From a virus (Duplodnaviria > Caudoviricetes), in the IMG/VR virus record IMGVR_UViG_3300020112_000204, positions 1-64,000 of that record: DNA of 64,000 nucleotides, one strand, 5' to 3'. The translations under genes were made by a program, and so were the position numbers. Below are positions 17,159 to 26,689 of this stretch, in pieces (positions within the stretch are counted from its first letter, which is position 1; every line of letters begins with the position of its first letter). The notes under the pieces are model-generated. The model saw only the letters and a list, made by a program, of their open reading frames with translations. It searched no databases and was not told where the DNA came from.

Positions 17159-17575
17159 TCAATTACTTTTACTAAGAAAAGCCTCTAAAAGCATCTCAAA
17201 ATCTCCCTCAGAGATTACAACTAGTGGCTCTGCATCTTTCATCTCTATCTGCAAGAATGGGAATAGCTTTCTTTGGTCTACACACTCCTCTGAAATCTTC
17301 TTCCACATCTGAGCCGTAATACTAAAGGAGCTATGAATCGTTTGCTTGTTGTCGCCTAGAGCAATATCTCCTATCTTGACATCACCCTTTGCGAACCACA
17401 AAGCCCCGCTAACAGGCTGTTGCTTTGCTCCAAGGTCTTTCATTCTTTTAGCAAAGGACTTCTCCTGTTCATTAGCTTTCTGCTTTACCGACTTTTCTCC
17501 AGAATCCAGAAACCACTTCGGAGGCTTAGCCAATACCTTGTACCTGCTCTCTGAGCGTCTGTCTGCACTTTCCAC
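17159..17575 (-). CDS. resolvase-like PD-(D/E)xK nuclease
   Basis: QPVSGA..AKGDV...DNKQT..S....W.KI pattern. Confidence 0.55.
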   Translation of the reverse strand: MESADRRSESRYKVLAKPPKWFLDSGEKSVKQKANEQEKSFAKRMKDLGAKQQPVSGALWFAKGDVKIGDIALGDNKQTIHSSFSITAQMWKKISEECVDQRKLFPFLQIEMKDAEPLVVISEGDFEMLLEAFLSKSN

Positions 17576-17786
17576 AGATAGGCTTACTCAGAAGTATAAA
17601 CTCATCTGCTATATCTCCACAGAAAACACAAGACTTGGAGTACTTCCTAATCTCTATCTTATCCCCTTTAAGGGTCATCTCGAGATTTTCACCATCAGAT
17701 ATACCTAGGGAAGTCCTGTACTCTTTCGGGATGACAATTCTACCTATATCGTCAACCGCCCTGACTACTCCACTATTCTTCGCCAC
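17526..17786 (-). CDS. abrB: AbrB-family transition-state regulator with C-terminal CxxC/CxxC
   Basis: GVVRAVDDIGRIVIPKEYR..LGI...LE...IRKY..SCVFCG...ICGKC. Confidence 0.85.
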   Translation of the reverse strand: MAKNSGVVRAVDDIGRIVIPKEYRTSLGISDGENLEMTLKGDKIEIRKYSKSCVFCGDIADEFILLSKPICGKCRQTLREQVQGIG

Positions 17787-18906
17787 GATTCTCTCCCTCG
17801 CTTTCTCCTGCGACTTCTTTGGGCTTGGTATGCACTGCTATCTTCATAACCTGTGCATACAGTCTGTTAAGCTCTTCGGGATAGTCCCTGAGGTACTTAA
17901 CAACATTGTCCTGACCTTGAATACTGTTTTCTTTACCTGCTAAGAAGTAATATGCCCCTCGTCTTTCGATTACGCCGTACTTGATAGCATACCGTACAAT
18001 CTCCTCAGCGGTGTCAATGTCTCCAGCTTTGAATGTGTACGGAGTGTCATTAAAGAAAAACCTGAACTCACCAGTTCTCTTCGGAGGAGCCGTCTTATTC
18101 TTTGTGGCGATTGCCTTAATCCACTGACCTACAACTTCCTCTACCTGAGTTCCGTTCTTATCCATCTTGAACTGAATCCAGTCTCCTCTTTTCAGTTCAA
18201 GAATAAGTGATGCAGAGTACTCCTGACCCTTACCTCCGGGCAGGGTGTTCGGATTTCCATACATAACTCCTATCTTTTCACGAATCTGATTTATCAGGAT
18301 TACTGTAGGAGCTTTCTCTGAGACATCACTCATATCCCTACCGTTCATACCGCCTGACAGTTTTCTAAAGAACTTATTATTCATCTTAGCGGCATCGCCC
18401 ATGAACAACTTATTCATAGACTCATCTGCTTCTGCCTGAGGAACAAGGGCGGCAATCGAGTCAAGGACTATAAGACCGACATCATCTGTCTTTGTCATTA
18501 CATCTGCGATGTCTAATGCCTGCTCACCGAACTCAGGCTTGCACACCATAAGAGTTTCAAGGTCTACACCTAGCTTCTTAGCCCATTCATCCTCAAATGC
18601 TCCCTCGGCATCAATCCATACACACTTCTTGAAAACTCTGTCCTCGCCATTCTCATAGCGTTCCTTAAACAACCTCTGGGCATTTGCCACTATCTTAGTA
18701 GCTACTGCGGTCTTACCACAGCTATACCCACCTGTCAGTAGGGTGACTCTGCTCTCAGGGATACCACCACCCGTAACGATGTCAAGAGCTAATGAGCCTG
18801 TGGGGATTCGGGTAATCTCAAGAGCCTTAGCTTCGCTAGCTCTCATAACTACTCCCGCTCCGAACTTCTTGTTCAGTTCCTTAATCACTGCATCAATATT
18901 TGCCAT
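17773..18906 (-). CDS. recA: RecA-like recombinase
   Basis: IPTGSLALD, Walker A GGYSCGKT, IVLDSIAAL, INQIREKIGVMYGNP. Confidence 0.9.
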   Translation of the reverse strand: MANIDAVIKELNKKFGAGVVMRASEAKALEITRIPTGSLALDIVTGGGIPESRVTLLTGGYSCGKTAVATKIVANAQRLFKERYENGEDRVFKKCVWIDAEGAFEDEWAKKLGVDLETLMVCKPEFGEQALDIADVMTKTDDVGLIVLDSIAALVPQAEADESMNKLFMGDAAKMNNKFFRKLSGGMNGRDMSDVSEKAPTVILINQIREKIGVMYGNPNTLPGGKGQEYSASLILELKRGDWIQFKMDKNGTQVEEVVGQWIKAIATKNKTAPPKRTGEFRFFFNDTPYTFKAGDIDTAEEIVRYAIKYGVIERRGAYYFLAGKENSIQGQDNVVKYLRDYPEELNRLYAQVMKIAVHTKPKEVAGESEGENRGEE

Positions 18907-18927
18907 AGCTAGTCTCCTTTGATTTCT

Positions 18928-18950
18928 GGGGCTAGGGCTAGCCCAGCCCC
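18928..18950. terminator. GC-rich intergenic hairpin between ssb and recA
   Basis: GGGGCT/AGCCCC stem with inner GGGC/GCCC; no U-tract on the coding strand. Confidence 0.45.
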
Positions 18951-18965
18951 GATATAGATGCTTAA

Positions 18966-19676
18966 TTACAGCCCGATGCCACTGCCATCATCATAGGCGG
19001 CGTTTGCAGGAGTGGTAGCCTTAGGCTTAACTCCAAGAACTTCATAAGCCTTTTCAACACTCACAGGCTTAACAAGGTCGATAACCTTATCAACGATAGT
19101 CTTATCGCCAAGGCAAGCCGAAATCTTCTTTTCATCTTCCTCGGACAGAGGAACTTTCTCTTCAGGAATGGGAGTGTAACGGCTGTCAGTACCGCTACCA
19201 GTTCTGGTGACCTCAATTTCCCAGTCCGCCAGCTTTCTCTTCTTGTTGGTCTGTTCAAGAACCTTAAGGGTGCTGATTCCCTGCTTGAAGAGCTTAATCT
19301 GATTCTTAGCTGAGTGCTCCTGACCGTTCTTAGTCCAAGTGTCCTCGCTACGGTCAATTACAAGGTAAGCACCTCTAAATGAGGGCTTGTTACCACTAGC
19401 ACAGAACGGGCACTCAAGTCTGTTACCATGAACATCCTCCATACCCTCCATGCAGGTGTAGGTTCTAGCACCCTTTACATTGGGCAGATAATGCTCCTTA
19501 AAGGTCACAGGCTCTTCCATAAGGAAACGAAGAGTTCTGCTCTGATTTTCACTGAACATAACCGAGGGGACAAAAGAGCCTCCACCATTTTCATAGGCTT
19601 CCTTCTTAGCCTTAGCCTCAGCATCATGCTCTTCCACTGCGGAATAACCGCTCTTAAACCAATTTCCAATAGACAT
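18966..19676 (-). CDS. phage single-stranded DNA-binding protein (gp32-like, Zn-binding)
   Basis: EH..TC...CPFC Zn motif, VIDR, acidic C-terminus, position next to recA. Confidence 0.65.
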   Translation of the reverse strand: MSIGNWFKSGYSAVEEHDAEAKAKKEAYENGGGSFVPSVMFSENQSRTLRFLMEEPVTFKEHYLPNVKGARTYTCMEGMEDVHGNRLECPFCASGNKPSFRGAYLVIDRSEDTWTKNGQEHSAKNQIKLFKQGISTLKVLEQTNKKRKLADWEIEVTRTGSGTDSRYTPIPEEKVPLSEEDEKKISACLGDKTIVDKVIDLVKPVSVEKAYEVLGVKPKATTPANAAYDDGSGIGL

Positions 19677-19718
19677 ATTATTTCCTCCTAATTATACTAG
19701 CTTTTGGCTTTATTCTAC

Positions 19719-20009
19719 TTACTTCAATGCACCGAGAAGAGTCTGGTTCGGACTCTTGAGAGACTTAAGGTCATTTATCTGAATCTGAACCTGAGACTCT
19801 ACTTCTTCCTGAGCCATCATCTGGAGCTTTGAGAGATTGTCGATAGTACCCTCAATCTCAATCCCACTTTCAATCTTAGCACTCTCATAATTACCGAGAT
19901 TTACTGTGAAGCCTAATGAATACTTAGCTACTACCTTAGGCATACCCTCAGTAATGAGGTCTGTTGCCTGTTTTCTACGGAGTTCAACTCCATCAGTGTT
20001 TACTGCCAT
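19719..20009 (-). CDS. hypothetical protein
   Basis: ORF with AGGAG RBS. Confidence 0.7.
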   Translation of the reverse strand: MAVNTDGVELRRKQATDLITEGMPKVVAKYSLGFTVNLGNYESAKIESGIEIEGTIDNLSKLQMMAQEEVESQVQIQINDLKSLKSPNQTLLGALK

Positions 20010-20106
20010 GTCTTAGTCTCCTTTAATTAAACTTTTACTTGTTACATCTTTTCTTAAACTTTCTTCCACGCAGTTTATCTAAAACTGCATCAACTTACGA
20101 CAATCA

Positions 20107-20412
20107 TTAAGCATCACCGCCTTTCAATATCTCAGCCGTGATTTCTCTGCTAGCTTCTGCTACGGCAATCTTGAACTCTTCAGGAATAGGCTTACCCTGC
20201 TGAAGCTTAAATTTCTTAATCAGCTTCTTAACACAGAATACCTGAGCCTCAGGATAAATCCTAACGCCTGTTCTACGCTTAAAAACCGTGGGCGGGAGTA
20301 CACCCTTGTATTCCCACTTTCTAATGGTCTGGGAGTCTCTTTCTATAAAGCTAGCAAACTCCCCTATCGTGTAAAAGGTAACTTTCTTGCCCTTTACCTC
20401 CATTACTTCCAT
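20107..20412 (-). CDS. MerR-type HTH DNA-binding protein
   Basis: YTIGEFA...TIRKWEYKGVLP...R.Y. Confidence 0.75.
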   Translation of the reverse strand: MEVMEVKGKKVTFYTIGEFASFIERDSQTIRKWEYKGVLPPTVFKRRTGVRIYPEAQVFCVKKLIKKFKLQQGKPIPEEFKIAVAEASREITAEILKGGDA

Positions 20413-20427
20413 ATACTCACCTCTTCC

Positions 20428-20589
20428 TTATCTTTTGTCAACCAGTTCCTCAGTTACGCCTAGAGCTTCAGCAAAGGCTAGAATCATAAATCCTAAAGGG
20501 AAATTACCTGTGTAAGCTCCAACGAAACAGCCTACGATTCTAATCACTGACTTTATCAGAGACAGAATCAAATGCCCCTTACTGTTCAT
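20428..20589 (-). CDS. small membrane protein (53 aa)
   Basis: Manually translated MNSKGHLILSLIKSVIRIVGCFVG...; two hydrophobic stretches. Confidence 0.65.
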   Translation of the reverse strand: MNSKGHLILSLIKSVIRIVGCFVGAYTGNFPLGFMILAFAEALGVTEELVDKR

Positions 20590-21134
20590 CCCTTGGAGCC
20601 TCCCTTAGCCTTATCAAGGTCAACGAGGGCATAGGTCACTTTCTTATCCACCAGATTCTCAAGGTCTGATGACTCAATCTTTCCGTCATAGATTGCAGTT
20701 TCTAAATCCAACTCTTCCACAAGCTCAATAGTCTCGAGCAGGTCAGGGTTGCTCTGGGCTATGATACCTACAACAGTAGCATAATCCTCATCAGTCTCCT
20801 TAGGGAGCATCTGCTTTTTACTGATAAGCTCCTCCATGCCCTTACTTCTAAGGAAGCTGATTGCCTTACCCTGATTAAGGGTCATAGACACACGAGCCTG
20901 TTTCTGGTAGCCCTTGCCATCATCGTACCGCATATTCACAGAACCCTTTTCGTCTTTTACGCCATCCTGTTCAGCATTCTTGAACATCTCCTTTTTGCAG
21001 GAGTCCATAAACTGCTTCAGGATTGCTTCTACTTCTTTAGCCTGTTTCCAGATATCATAGATTTCACGATTGCTCTTTCCCTCGATTTCAAGACCGAGTA
21101 CTGCTAATACTGCCTCTGCTTTACTTGTTGCCAT
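20586..21134 (-). CDS. hypothetical protein
   Basis: ORF with GGAGG RBS. Confidence 0.7.
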   Translation of the reverse strand: MATSKAEAVLAVLGLEIEGKSNREIYDIWKQAKEVEAILKQFMDSCKKEMFKNAEQDGVKDEKGSVNMRYDDGKGYQKQARVSMTLNQGKAISFLRSKGMEELISKKQMLPKETDEDYATVVGIIAQSNPDLLETIELVEELDLETAIYDGKIESSDLENLVDKKVTYALVDLDKAKGGSKG

Positions 21135-21148
21135 TTCTTATTCCTCCA

Positions 21149-21526
21149 TTAAATATCATTTTCTGACCTGTGATTAGCGAGGTCTACATCAAACCCATCT
21201 GGGTATCTTGCCTTGAGTTTATCAACATTCATCTGAAGTATCTCATCTAACTCCCAGTGCATACTATGGCAGAACATTGCAACATACCACATAACATCAC
21301 CTAGTTCCTTCTTCAGATGAACTTCATCTAGGTCTTTTTCGTGGAATATCCACTTCTTAACCATATCATTTAACTCTCCAACCTCTCCTGATAAACCAAG
21401 ACAGGCATTGATAAGGCATCCTATATACTCATCTACATTGGCATTACTAATTAGCTTTGTAAGCCTGTAAGTACACATACCATCATTAGTTCTCATTGCG
21501 AGTTTCTGATATTCATTTCCTGTCAT
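21149..21526 (-). CDS. MazG-like all-alpha NTP pyrophosphohydrolase
   Basis: LGLSGEVGEL..VKK...KELGDVMWY (EXXE...EXXD). Confidence 0.88.
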   Translation of the reverse strand: MTGNEYQKLAMRTNDGMCTYRLTKLISNANVDEYIGCLINACLGLSGEVGELNDMVKKWIFHEKDLDEVHLKKELGDVMWYVAMFCHSMHWELDEILQMNVDKLKARYPDGFDVDLANHRSENDI

Positions 21527-21881
21527 TCTGAGCTACACTCCTTGCTAAAATATTATCTACGATTTTCTCGCAATCAGGCTCAAATCTGTCCATCTCCATT
21601 ATAGTCATTATCGCATAATTGGCAAGGTCAATAAGAGTATCTCTGACGGACTCATCTTTCACATACTGTTCATACTGTAACTTGGTTAACTGCTTAAACC
21701 TACTAAGCTTATCGCTAAGTCTAATCCTAGACATTGCGAAACCTTCCTCTAAAAAAGTGAGGTGAAAGCTATCTCCATAATCTGCATTCTTTTTCTTGTA
21801 GAGAGCGTTCAACTCCTCGCATATTACCTTGTGCCTATCCACATTACTCATTACTCTTCCCCCACTCAGGATTACTTGCAA
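21513..21881 (-). CDS. DUF1599 / nucleotide-modification-associated domain 1 protein
   Basis: KKNADYGDSF...RLSDK.SR...ESVRDTLIDLANYAIM. Confidence 0.8.
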   Translation of the reverse strand: MQVILSGGRVMSNVDRHKVICEELNALYKKKNADYGDSFHLTFLEEGFAMSRIRLSDKLSRFKQLTKLQYEQYVKDESVRDTLIDLANYAIMTIMEMDRFEPDCEKIVDNILARSVAQNDRK

Positions 21882-22089
21882 CGGTATGAATCATAGCCGC
21901 TCTAATTGCTTCATCCTCATTCATTCCGTATCTTTCTGCTACAAGCAAACCATCTGCAAAATCGGAGGTGCGTTTATATCGCTCCTCACCTGTGCCAGTG
22001 TACAGACGATTTGCTGTTTCTGATATAGCTAGCAAAAGCTCTGTAACATCCATATCACTTATCGGCTTACCCTTAAAAAACTCACTCAT
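21844..22089 (-). CDS. hypothetical protein
   Basis: ORF in co-oriented run. Confidence 0.6.
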   Translation of the reverse strand: MSEFFKGKPISDMDVTELLLAISETANRLYTGTGEERYKRTSDFADGLLVAERYGMNEDEAIRAAMIHTVASNPEWGKSNE

Positions 22090-22285
22090 CTCTTACCTCC
22101 ATGAACACAGCATCTCCGATAAACTCATACTGAGAGTGCGTAAGCCTAAGATAAGCTACTCCCTGCATAGGGACTTTTAGACCTGCGGTCACACCCCAGT
22201 CTTTTACCTCGTTAACAATCATCAAGCACCCAGCCCATTCTGGGACTAACTCGTTAACCTGAATAACACTACCTACTCCTACCAT
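22082..22285 (-). CDS. hypothetical protein
   Basis: ORF with AGGAG RBS. Confidence 0.65.
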   Translation of the reverse strand: MVGVGSVIQVNELVPEWAGCLMIVNEVKDWGVTAGLKVPMQGVAYLRLTHSQYEFIGDAVFMEVRDE

Positions 22286-22298
22286 TTCTGCTCCTTTC

Positions 22299-23621
22299 TT
22301 AAATTCGATATCCTAGCTTCAGGTACAATCTCTTTCTCTTTTCCATCATACCTTTACATATTCCTATATTGACATCATAGAAGTCTATGACAATAGGCTC
22401 TTTCTTACCCTCGCACTCTCTAAGGATGCGACCTGTTGCTTGCTGAAGAGTGCTATCACTAGAGTTCGGGGAAATCAACATCAGTGTGTCTAACTCAGGA
22501 ATGTCCAGCCCCTCTTTTGCTAGGGATAGAGTTCCAAAGATTGCTCTAACAGATTTATCCAATGCGTGTTCCCTCTCGGATTGCTTAGTCTTTCCTACAT
22601 ACAGCATAGCTGGGTTTCCTGCGTAGGACGAGTTTACTGTGCTAACCATACTCTCTAGCTGGTCTACCCTATCTCCCAGAACCAGAATCTTTCTACCACT
22701 CTTAAGAGCTTTGTAAAGAACGGATAGTACCTGAGCATTTCTTACTTCGTCCTTGGACAAAATAGTCTGCAAGGCTGGGATACTGGGCTGACCTGTAAAT
22801 CTGTTTACAATATCACGAACATTCACCTGAGAGGGCGTTTCAATAAATGCGACTCTAGGGACTAGGTTCTCTCCCTTTATCGTGTAAACTATGTCGCCCA
22901 TGTGAGCCCTAAACACTGCATCCATACCATCAGCTCTCTTCGGAGTTGCAGTCAAACCCCAGCGTCTTTCTGCTGGGAAGAGCTTGATTACCTTACTCCA
23001 CTCTTGAGAGCCGATTCTATGCACCTCATCAGTGATTACTAGACCAAAATACCCAAACAACTCCTCAGGATACTTCTCTGGATTCATAAATGACTGAACC
23101 ATACCAACAACTACTTTTCTGCCGTTAAAGTCACATTTCTTTCCCTTAACTACACCAGCTTCTTCTCCCGTGAACTCTCTAATTCTGTCTCTCCATTGTT
23201 CAAGCAGAAAATCCTTATGCACAAGAACTAAAGTAGTTACACCTATCTCTGACATAGCCTTGATAGCCATAACTGTCTTTCCTTTTCCGCATCCCGCTTC
23301 AAGAATACCATCAGTAGTCTCAGTCAGTTTCTTGATTGCGGGTATCTGCTCTTTCCTTGGAGTAACTGAACAGTTAAATGACACTGAAGTACCTGTAGAC
23401 CTGTAGTCTTCTGACCTATCCTCAATCTCCTTGGGTATGCTCAAATCTCTGGGAATATACATATACTCGTCATCTTCTGTGAACAGAGGTATCTCCATAG
23501 GAACTCCTCTGGTAGACAAACCTAGTGCTAATTTCTTAAAGTAGTCCTGATTCTTTATCATCATGGACTTTCTTACTTCGTCTGATACAAGACTCTTGTA
23601 TATCTTTTTACAACCTAGCAT
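22299..23621 (-). CDS. superfamily 2 DExH helicase (UvsW-like)
   Basis: AGCGKGKT, DEVH, GLTATPKR, EGLDIP, Q.TGRILR. Confidence 0.9.
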   Translation of the reverse strand: MLGCKKIYKSLVSDEVRKSMMIKNQDYFKKLALGLSTRGVPMEIPLFTEDDEYMYIPRDLSIPKEIEDRSEDYRSTGTSVSFNCSVTPRKEQIPAIKKLTETTDGILEAGCGKGKTVMAIKAMSEIGVTTLVLVHKDFLLEQWRDRIREFTGEEAGVVKGKKCDFNGRKVVVGMVQSFMNPEKYPEELFGYFGLVITDEVHRIGSQEWSKVIKLFPAERRWGLTATPKRADGMDAVFRAHMGDIVYTIKGENLVPRVAFIETPSQVNVRDIVNRFTGQPSIPALQTILSKDEVRNAQVLSVLYKALKSGRKILVLGDRVDQLESMVSTVNSSYAGNPAMLYVGKTKQSEREHALDKSVRAIFGTLSLAKEGLDIPELDTLMLISPNSSDSTLQQATGRILRECEGKKEPIVIDFYDVNIGICKGMMEKRKRLYLKLGYRI

Positions 23622-23895
23622 CTAAACCTCCAAATCTGAATAGAATTACTGGAGCTTTTGAACCACTAAAGGACAAGGACTTAATCGTGTCGTATGATAT
23701 TGTATCTGCGGCTTCCATTAAGTCCATACCCTTTTCTTTGACTAAGTACTCAAGCATAAGGTCATAGTCGTATACAACCCTATCGTCATCTGTCGTTCCC
23801 ACTATAGCTGACTCATAGCTGGGTTCTACAAATACCTTAGCGTCATCTCCGACTATCTCCCTAAGCAGGTCATACACATCGCTCATAGTACACAT
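23608..23895 (-). CDS. hypothetical protein
   Basis: ORF in co-oriented run. Confidence 0.65.
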   Translation of the reverse strand: MCTMSDVYDLLREIVGDDAKVFVEPSYESAIVGTTDDDRVVYDYDLMLEYLVKEKGMDLMEAADTISYDTIKSLSFSGSKAPVILFRFGGLDARL

Positions 23896-24890
23896 TCCTC
23901 TGCGTTCTTATCAGGTCTGAGTCTAATGAACCTAGGGTGTCGATAAGCTCCTGTTTTCTTAATCTGCTCCATAGCCCCAATCTCCATTGTCTGACCAAGG
24001 TACTCGGCTTTAATTCCGTGCTTACCATCAGATAAGAGCATCTTCATCGAGTCGTCAATACCTGAGGTCTGACCTAGCTCTACCAGTTCTCCATTTACAT
24101 ACTTTCCGAACTTAATTGCTCCAATCCATCCCTTGTACCAAGCCCTTGTGACTTTCTTTCCGTCCAGAACATACTGCCAGTCTTTATCACCGCCATCATA
24201 GTACTTAGTTGGGGAAGTAGCACCCATTATTACTACATCATCAGTCAGGTACTTCTTAAGCTTTATTTGATACTTACTCCTCTTAGGCTCACTGTGGGAC
24301 AGCTCATAAGCTGAGTACCTGTACTTTAGTACAAGACCTTCTCCTCCACTGTAGACTATATCGTGAAACTTATCAAGCTTTCCTGTTGTGTACACAGGAA
24401 GAACCTCAATCTTAGACTCAGGGTACTTAACTTTGATTTCATTTACTACTTTCTCAGCAAGCTCTATTCTTTTCTCATAGCCACAGTCTGTTACATCATT
24501 ACCTCTGTATCTAACTATGTCAAATACCTTGTAACTAATGTAGCCAAGCTTTTCTTGCTTTCTTATCGCCTCATCAGGAAGTGAGCCCATTATCGAAACT
24601 GTCTGACTGAAATCTGAGTGCTGAATCTCCCCATCAAGGACTGTTCCGAATAATGCAGGAACTATCAACTGACTTAAATGAGGGACATTATCAGTTTTCT
24701 CTACGGGAGTTCCCGTTTTTCTAGACTTCTGACGGCTAGTAAATCGGTTTCCACAAGGGGTCATAAACATCATATACCGACTTCCATCTATCTTCTCCTG
24801 TGCTAACCAATCACTATTGTCTGCTAGCATCTCATCTGTTACCTTGCCTCCGCTGGCAAGCATCGGGTACAAAACTTCTAGAGTACTCAT
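23883..24890 (-). CDS. ATP-dependent DNA ligase
   Basis: AQEKIDGSR (KxDG), LDGEI, FDI, EGLVLK, KLK, RHPRF..RPDK. Confidence 0.9.
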   Translation of the reverse strand: MSTLEVLYPMLASGGKVTDEMLADNSDWLAQEKIDGSRYMMFMTPCGNRFTSRQKSRKTGTPVEKTDNVPHLSQLIVPALFGTVLDGEIQHSDFSQTVSIMGSLPDEAIRKQEKLGYISYKVFDIVRYRGNDVTDCGYEKRIELAEKVVNEIKVKYPESKIEVLPVYTTGKLDKFHDIVYSGGEGLVLKYRYSAYELSHSEPKRSKYQIKLKKYLTDDVVIMGATSPTKYYDGGDKDWQYVLDGKKVTRAWYKGWIGAIKFGKYVNGELVELGQTSGIDDSMKMLLSDGKHGIKAEYLGQTMEIGAMEQIKKTGAYRHPRFIRLRPDKNAEECVL

Positions 24891-25069
24891 ATACTACCTT
24901 TCCTCCTTACAGACCCCTCCGAAAGCAGTCTGTCTACTTCTTTCCGTTTTCTAATCTTTTCTTTAAGCTCATCCTGAGACTTCTTCCACTCGGGATATCC
25001 TCTTTTGCAAACACTGTCTGAGTGACAACCCTCCGTCCTATCAGGGCAGTTCAAGCAGGGGCATTTCAT
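24887..25069 (-). CDS. small Cys-rich hypothetical protein
   Basis: ORF downstream of a sigma-A-like promoter. Confidence 0.6.
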   Translation of the reverse strand: MKCPCLNCPDRTEGCHSDSVCKRGYPEWKKSQDELKEKIRKRKEVDRLLSEGSVRRKGSI

Positions 25070-25093
25070 TTATCTACCTCCTGACTAATACTT

Positions 25094-25122
25094 AGTATAC
25101 CATATACAAGTTCCAATGTAAA
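25094..25122 (-). promoter_or_regulatory. sigma-A/sigma70-type promoter TTTACA-N17-TATACT with extended TG
   Basis: Intergenic; -35 at 25122-25117, -10 at 25099-25094. Confidence 0.75.
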
Positions 25123-25124
25123 CA

Positions 25125-26162
25125 CTAATCTTCAATTATTCTGAGCTTTTCAACTAAGGCACTTATCGGGGTCTTTCTAGTGAGGAAAGCCATGTAAGCC
25201 TCATCAAAGTTACAATCCCCCAAGTCTTTCTTCCCATCGGGGTACTTCATAACAGAAACCTCTGTTCTTCCCTTTAGCATTTCCAAAGCTCTTTCTGTAC
25301 CTCTATCTCCAGCATAGTCGTTGTCTAGTGCTAGAACCACCTCTGAGTAGGAGCTTAAAATCTCAACCTGCCTATCGGTTATCTTACTGCCAAGAATAGA
25401 AGCTATATCAGCATACACTGTAAGCCCTATCTGGTCTCCCCAAGGCACATCCTGACCGCTCTCTACAACTACCACTATGTCATTCTTTCTAGGCTTTGAA
25501 AAATGCACGACTAAGCCCCTGTCCCAACCCTCAATCTCTAGGCTGTCATTGTAGTTATAGACAAGAAACTTAACCTTGTTCTCATTAGTCACATCTCTAC
25601 CTATCATACCTACTAGCTCCCCATCGAGATTTCTAATAGGGAACACGGCTCTTTTCTGAAGACGGTCAAACCCAAACTGGTACTTAGCTAGGATGCTTTT
25701 CTTATACCCTCTCCCCTCGAAGTACTCACAACCATTGTTTACAAACGGGGCATAATACTCATCAGAGAACACTTTTAGCTTATGAGCCTTTGGAAGCTTT
25801 TCGTCATACCCAGACAGTTTCTTTACTTCTTTCTCTACTTTTCGACTACCATCTTCTTCAAAGTCATACCTGTCCGAGAGAAACTTTATAGACTCATAGA
25901 GGCTCATTCCCATTATCTCGGCATTAAGCTCCTCTATTCTGCCCTTAAACCCACAAGCAAGACAGTTAAACACACCATTGTCTACCTTAATTCCTAACGA
26001 GGGTCTACGCTCATAGTGCTCGATTACCTGACCAGATTTATCGTCATACCTGTAGTGGGGTCTTGGGCAACATATCTGAATATCCTCAGCCCTATCATTC
26101 ACCTTTCTGACTTTACCCGTGTCTTTCCAGAATTGAACTAGGTCTCTAACATCAATAGCCAT
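25125..26162 (-). CDS. DNA primase (Zn-binding + TOPRIM)
   Basis: CCP..H...FNCLACG, AVFPIRN..G..VG..GR, VVESGQD, LALDND.AG. Confidence 0.88.
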   Translation of the reverse strand: MAIDVRDLVQFWKDTGKVRKVNDRAEDIQICCPRPHYRYDDKSGQVIEHYERRPSLGIKVDNGVFNCLACGFKGRIEELNAEIMGMSLYESIKFLSDRYDFEEDGSRKVEKEVKKLSGYDEKLPKAHKLKVFSDEYYAPFVNNGCEYFEGRGYKKSILAKYQFGFDRLQKRAVFPIRNLDGELVGMIGRDVTNENKVKFLVYNYNDSLEIEGWDRGLVVHFSKPRKNDIVVVVESGQDVPWGDQIGLTVYADIASILGSKITDRQVEILSSYSEVVLALDNDYAGDRGTERALEMLKGRTEVSVMKYPDGKKDLGDCNFDEAYMAFLTRKTPISALVEKLRIIED

Positions 26163-26164
26163 AG

Positions 26165-26689
26165 TTAACTCCCTGCGTTAATCATAATGTCCATTGACAC
26201 CCTCTTCATATGCTCGACCCACTCCGTGTATTCTTTTAGGATACTGAACTTATCCTTAGACTTTTCTATCAGTCTACCTTTCAAAGTCTGCATCGAAGCA
26301 TAATCAGGATAGAATATCTTTGAAACATCATACATCTTATTCTTAAACTTAAACACAGGCATACCTGATAAATCGGATACTGATATACTAGTACTACCAT
26401 CAGGTCTAATAAACTGAGGCTCTGCATGAGCATACATATAGGGCAGTTTAACTTCCTCTGTATCAAAGAACAAGCACTCGCCCTTTCGACTGTAGGTGTG
26501 CTTAACCGTAACAGATATCGTGGAACTTTCAGCATAGACTACCCAATCTATATATGGTGAGTCTATATGCACAGACTTAGACTCATCCTGAGACATCTTG
26601 AACTCAGTCTCCTCTAGCTCTTCACTTACCTTAAATATCTTCGGGAAGTGCTTAAACAGAAACTTCTTAAATCGTCCTATCTTAACCAT
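26165..26689 (-). CDS. hypothetical protein
   Basis: ORF between helicase and primase. Confidence 0.65.
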   Translation of the reverse strand: MVKIGRFKKFLFKHFPKIFKVSEELEETEFKMSQDESKSVHIDSPYIDWVVYAESSTISVTVKHTYSRKGECLFFDTEEVKLPYMYAHAEPQFIRPDGSTSISVSDLSGMPVFKFKNKMYDVSKIFYPDYASMQTLKGRLIEKSKDKFSILKEYTEWVEHMKRVSMDIMINAGS

